From assembly GCA_964106645.2 (NCBI GenBank), contig OZ067051.1: a stretch of 64,000 nucleotides of DNA, one strand, 5' to 3'. How positions within the stretch are numbered: the stretch's first letter is position 1; every line of letters begins with the position of its first letter. The notes beneath the pieces are model-generated. The model saw only the letters and a program-made list of their open reading frames with translations. It did not search any database and had not been told where the DNA came from. Positions 59,546 through 64,000 of this stretch are shown here, piece after piece. The stretch comes from Podarcis pityusensis (lineage: Eukaryota). A program made the position numbers and the translations under genes.

Positions 59546-60672
59546 AGATAGTCCTCCATGCTTCTGGAAACAGAAAAGCCCATGGGGACTATATTGCTGA
59601 GAATGCACAGAGAAGTGCAACTGCCATACTTAAATATCTTAGGACCCACAGCCTTTAAACTGTCTGAAGCAAAGTCAGTTGCTCAGCTTTTATATGGATC
59701 CCAACTAGGCCCCTTCACTAATCTTACATCACTGGTACTAGTATAATCTAAATTCCTAAGATCAGTTCTTCAAGTGCCAAAATATGTTTCAAATGCTACC
59801 TTATGTCTTGAGACAGGTTTTGTAAGAGCTGAGTCCAGGGTGTGGATGGCCACATTTAATTTCTGGCTTAGACTATCCTTTTAACCACATGGCCTTGCCT
59901 CACTAATTATAAAGGACGGCTTTCAAACAACATGGAAATGAGCAGTGGTAGACAAAATGTTAATTCTAAGTCTTACCCCACAGCTTTTACTTAGCATGGG
60001 CCATGCTGTGAACAGGCCAAAGAAACCATTAAACAGTGTATGGTTGATATAGAATGTAAGTCAGATATAACCAGGTCCTCCAATTACATTACCAGTGAAA
60101 CCTCTCCTCCCCAATGGCATATTTAACTGATCTGGAAATACCAAAACAGCGAAGAGCTTTCCCTCTTGCTTGTTGCCAGGCTCTCCCTTCAGCCATCCAG
60201 GAAGGTCGCTTCAGGAAGACACCTTATGAGGGGGAAAAATGCCTCTGTGGCCCTGGGCACATAGAAACAATTGAACATGTTTTTCTCCACTGCCAGTATT
60301 ACACAAACATATGTGCTAGGTTTATCCTGCCAATAATACCTGAATTTCCAGGACACACAGGGTAACTCTATATCTCCTTACTGCTCCAAAATATAAATCC
60401 TGATACAACATATTCAGTTGCCAGATATTATGCTGCTATGATTGACATATGTCAGAGGATAGTATGTGCCACACAGCAGGTCTGAAACTGAAGGTTTGAT
60501 TTACATGATTTATGTGCTTTTATCTTATGCTGGTCTACTGCAACTGAGAGTATGAGTATGTGCACCCTCTACTTCTGCAGTTGCCCTATTGTCTATCTAA
60601 CATGTTTTATTTATGTATGGAGGTGCTTTTATCTTATGCTGGTCTATGACCGTAATAAAGATTTTCATTGGA
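59546..60672 (+). mobile_element. Older 5'-truncated RTE-X-type LINE, family C
   Basis: AKSVAQLLYGSQL, QRRAFPLACC.ALPSA...GRF, CLC...ETIEHVFLHC align with the 49143 ORF. 3' end ATGCTGGTCTATGACCGTAATAAA. TSD TCT(G/C)TGTAACTTC at 59533-59545 and 60673-60685. Confidence 0.8.
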
Positions 60673-61254
60673 TCTCTGTAACTTCTATTGGCAATCTTAC
60701 TTTATTTCAATAAAAGGTAATTTTTTGCAAAGATAAAGTTGAAATGCAGAAGGCAGTAGTATCTCTCTGCCCTCTTTCTTCCAGCCCTGCTTATATCATT
60801 TAAACACTTACTTTTAGCATTTTCAAGTGCTTTTGAATTTTTATTTTATTTGTTGTTGTTGAGCTTTGTGGGACGCAAATGTGTGTGTGAGTGTGTTGAG
60901 GAATTTTGAAAGCGTGAAATTTTTCAGTACGTGGAATTTCACTTATTAGTTGCAGCTCTACTCATGAAGGAAATAATTGCTTTTGGTCCATGTACTGCCC
61001 TGCATACATGAACTGAGAAGCAGGAGCCAAGACGCTGAAGTACCATAACAAAAACCACAGCTTGCAGGCACTTCCTTAGAAGAGGCATTCTGTCTTTTGG
61101 TTTTCACATAGCATAGGGTTCCCCTAAAGTGCCTTTGGAAGTTTGTCTGAAATACAGCTTGCAGTTGGTCCAAAATAGAACTACAATATTATTAACTTGG
61201 GACGGTGCATCCACTATATGTCATCATTAGCTTTATCAACTATTTCAATAATCT

Positions 61255-61405
61255 ATGTGATTTTAAACTGTGTGTGGTGGGGTATTGCTTTTTTTTTGCT
61301 ATTACTGTATGTTATTTATCTTTGTGTTTTTATATTGTAAACTGCCCTGTGATCCTCACATGAAGAGTGGTGTATAAATATAACAACAACAACAACAACA
61401 ACAAC
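61255..61405 (+). mobile_element. L2-type 3' end with (ACA)n tail
   Basis: TGTAAACTGCCCTGTGATCCTC..ATGAAGAGTGGTGTATAAAT followed by (ACA)n. Confidence 0.6.
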
Positions 61406-61459
61406 GGCCAGCTGTACTCCTTCTAAATCCATTAATGGGTCCTATATGAAGTGCTCATT

Positions 61460-61907
61460 TTATGGACCACAGGTATAAAATTCACGGCATGTAATGTCCT
61501 AAGAGAAAATTTAATGAAAATGATTTATAGGTGGTACATGACACCAGTCAAGCTTGCAAAAATTTATCATTTGCCCGACAATAAATGTTGGAAATGTAAT
61601 GAGACTGAAGGTACATTCTTTCACCTTTGGTGGACATGCCCAAGGATTAAGACATTCTGGGAGATGATCTATAATGAAATGAAAAAGGTATTTAAATATA
61701 CCTTTCTGAAGAAACCAGAGGCCTTTCTCCTGGGCATGGTTGGCCAATTGGTGTCAAAGAAGGATAGAACTTTTTTTATTTATGCAACAACAGCAGCAAG
61801 AATACTCATCGCAATGTATTGGAAGACACAAGATTTACCCGCTCGGGAAGAATGGCAGATGAAGTTGATGGACTATATGGAATTGGCGGAAATGACTGGC
61901 AGAATCC
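61460..61907 (+). pseudogene. L1 ORF2 C-terminal (cysteine-rich) fragment, truncated at both ends
   Basis: RENLMKMIYRWYMTP...CWKCNETEGTFFHLWWTC...PEAFLLG...AAR...W, with no stop inside the fragment. Confidence 0.9.
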
Positions 61908-61994
61908 AGTCATTATTGTATTGTGGGCTTATTGTATTGGCTGCCAACTGCTGGAGAGTGCTGTACTGCTGATCTTTTTGTGATCTCTCCATCA

Positions 61995-62078
61995 ACATCT
62001 GGTTGGTCACTGTGGGAACAAGATGCTGGACTAGATAGGTCTTTGCTCTATTCTAGCAGGTCTCTTTGCATTCTTATA
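61995..62078 (+). mobile_element. CR1-type 3' end
   Basis: CATCTGGTTGGTCACTGTGGGAACAAGATGCTGGACTAGAT...TTCTTA. Confidence 0.7.
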
Positions 62079-64000
62079 GAGCTGTTTTTATATACAGTAT
62101 TTCCTTGCTTGAGCTTTGCATATTAAGTCAACAGATCTTATACTTGCCACAATAGAACCCCTGCTTCTTAAGCTGAGGGAGCCTGGATTTCTGTTAGCTC
62201 CTGAAAAGAATAAGTGTTTGCATATTGGGTTTGTTTAGTGTGTTTCCATACTGTGTAAGCAGAAAATACGCCTATCATTTTTATATAGAACTAGCCATGC
62301 CTTTTTAAAGGTCACTCCTATCTCAGTCAGTTCTTAAAGTTCAAGAGGAAATAAACTGCTTAGGGTTGGCATTTTCAAGTCAAGTGTCAACTTTCTGAGC
62401 CCCAAGCCTAGGAACACAGATGAGAGAAAACAGGAGATTAATAAACCAGCTGCATGACTGATGGATCTAATGATTGGTGTGTAGGAACATACCTTTGGTC
62501 TTTTGTGTTTTTCTCCTGTGTGGGAGAGATTTGGAGGCTCCACTTTTCACTTTGCAATGCACTTTGCAAGCCTTTTATATCACCTGTTTCCTTACTCATT
62601 AGTCTGCTGACGCAAGCATAAGATTTGTCACTGCTGATAAAGCTGGAGATAAGGAATGTTTCATGACAATGTCACTATGTGTAGCCCTTTAGCCACATGG
62701 CATGTGGTTAGTAGGTAGGGCAAAAAAAAAAAACCCCTAGTAGTTTGGGAGGCACTGGAGTAGGAAAACTGCCAAGGTGGACTTGGACACCAACTGCATT
62801 GACTTCTCTTTTGTATGCGGGGGGACAGTAAGATCAATAAGGAAATAAACAGAAAGAATGGGCTTTATTAATCGGCTGTTTTGGAGGCAGCAGGAAAGAT
62901 TATAATGGAACACAGGTGCTGATCGAAAGGAGCACTGAGCTTAAGCTATCTACTGTTGGCTTCTGAAGTGTTTGTATTGATTGTGGGAGATGTAGGGTAC
63001 AGCAGTATCAGACCTGCTAATTGGGATCTGGGGTTGCCTCAGGGACAGGAAGAAACATGGGTTTCTGTTGTCACAGTTTTCTTCTTTTGCCTGGCTTCAT
63101 ATGTACCACTCTGGGGTTGCTCAGCAATGGGCATGGACTGAGAGGCCGTAAGCTCTTGAATATCCAGATTTGACAACTTGGGTCACTCTGCAGCCTCTCA
63201 GCTTATTGGTGGTATATGAAGCATAAGCAGAGGGTGTGCATTCCCCAGGAACATTTGCAATATATGCTGTAGAAGGTTCATTTAAAGATACAAGAAAAGC
63301 CTTATGTCTCTTATAATATAAACTGCCCAAAAGATTACAGTCCAGGTACATGCACATAAGTCAGTCGTAAGTCAAATATAAAAATCTAGCATTTATAAAT
63401 GCTATATGCTTATCTAGAAATATTTTCTCCTGTACGGAGGAAGGGATCCTATTGTGGGTTGTCTCCACTCACTCCACTCTGCCAGCACAAACCTAGTTAT
63501 ATAAAAGTTTAAAGGTATTTTAAAGAGAAAAAGAAAGGCTTTACCACCTATGTAAGACAACCCTTTTTGTTCTATATAGAAGTGTATGCGCATGTGTGTG
63601 TGCTTGTGCTTGCTTGTTTGCTTGCTCATATGTGCACACATGCATTGGTGTGCGTGTAGATCTGTAGAAATGTGGGCCATCTCAAAATGAATTGGAGATT
63701 ATTGTGATTCAGAATGGCCTCCTTCAGTGAGTTTGTTTTGCTTTTTAATCCCAGTATATTCGACAAAAGTCTATGAAAGGGTGGGGGTAGCAATTTACTC
63801 CTCCTGTCCCCTCCCCTAAGTTACCAGTTACCTGTTATTTTAACCACTGAGTTTAAAATGCCACAGTTTCTTGACTATATGCAAGAGGGAAAAAGCACTA
63901 ATATTAGCACATTAAGAAAACTTGGAAATATATACTCTAATGACAAATTCATTTTGTACATTGGTTGTTGTTAAATTAAAAAAAGGAGGAAAATGCCACA

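Overview
This is eukaryotic, AT-rich, repeat-dense DNA from a squamate reptile, very probably a lacertid lizard (Podarcis/Lacerta/Zootoca-type). The taxon call rests on Sauria SINEs, a Squam3-type CORE-SINE with a (CTT)n tail, lacertid-type L2 tails and BovB. I found no recognisable host protein-coding exon, so the window reads as a long intron or intergenic DNA. It is a nested mobile-element landscape. Retroelements: a full-length BovB (28441-31617, -); three RTE-X-type LINE insertions, one with an intact 541-aa RT/CCHC frame; L2, CR1 and L1 relics; a DIRS relic; solo LTRs. DNA transposons: a Tc1 DD34E relic, a divergent hAT-like transposase relic and many Tigger-, Tc2- and hAT-type MITEs. 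The most notable items are: (1) a complete 2.2-kb ORF1-only 'half-L1'-like element with an 18-bp TSD, whose tail matches an L1 ORF2 fragment in the same window; (2) a 162-bp TSD-flanked Penelope-derived unit carrying a minimal hammerhead ribozyme motif; (3) a hAT MITE carrying about 360 bp of CpG-island-like cargo; (4) Tc2-type MITEs with common ends, different interiors and a co-varying internal palindrome; (5) a stem-loop + AATAAA 3' element shared by three diverged RTE-X families. Family names come from motif recognition by eye, not from database searches, and boundaries of old relics are approximate.
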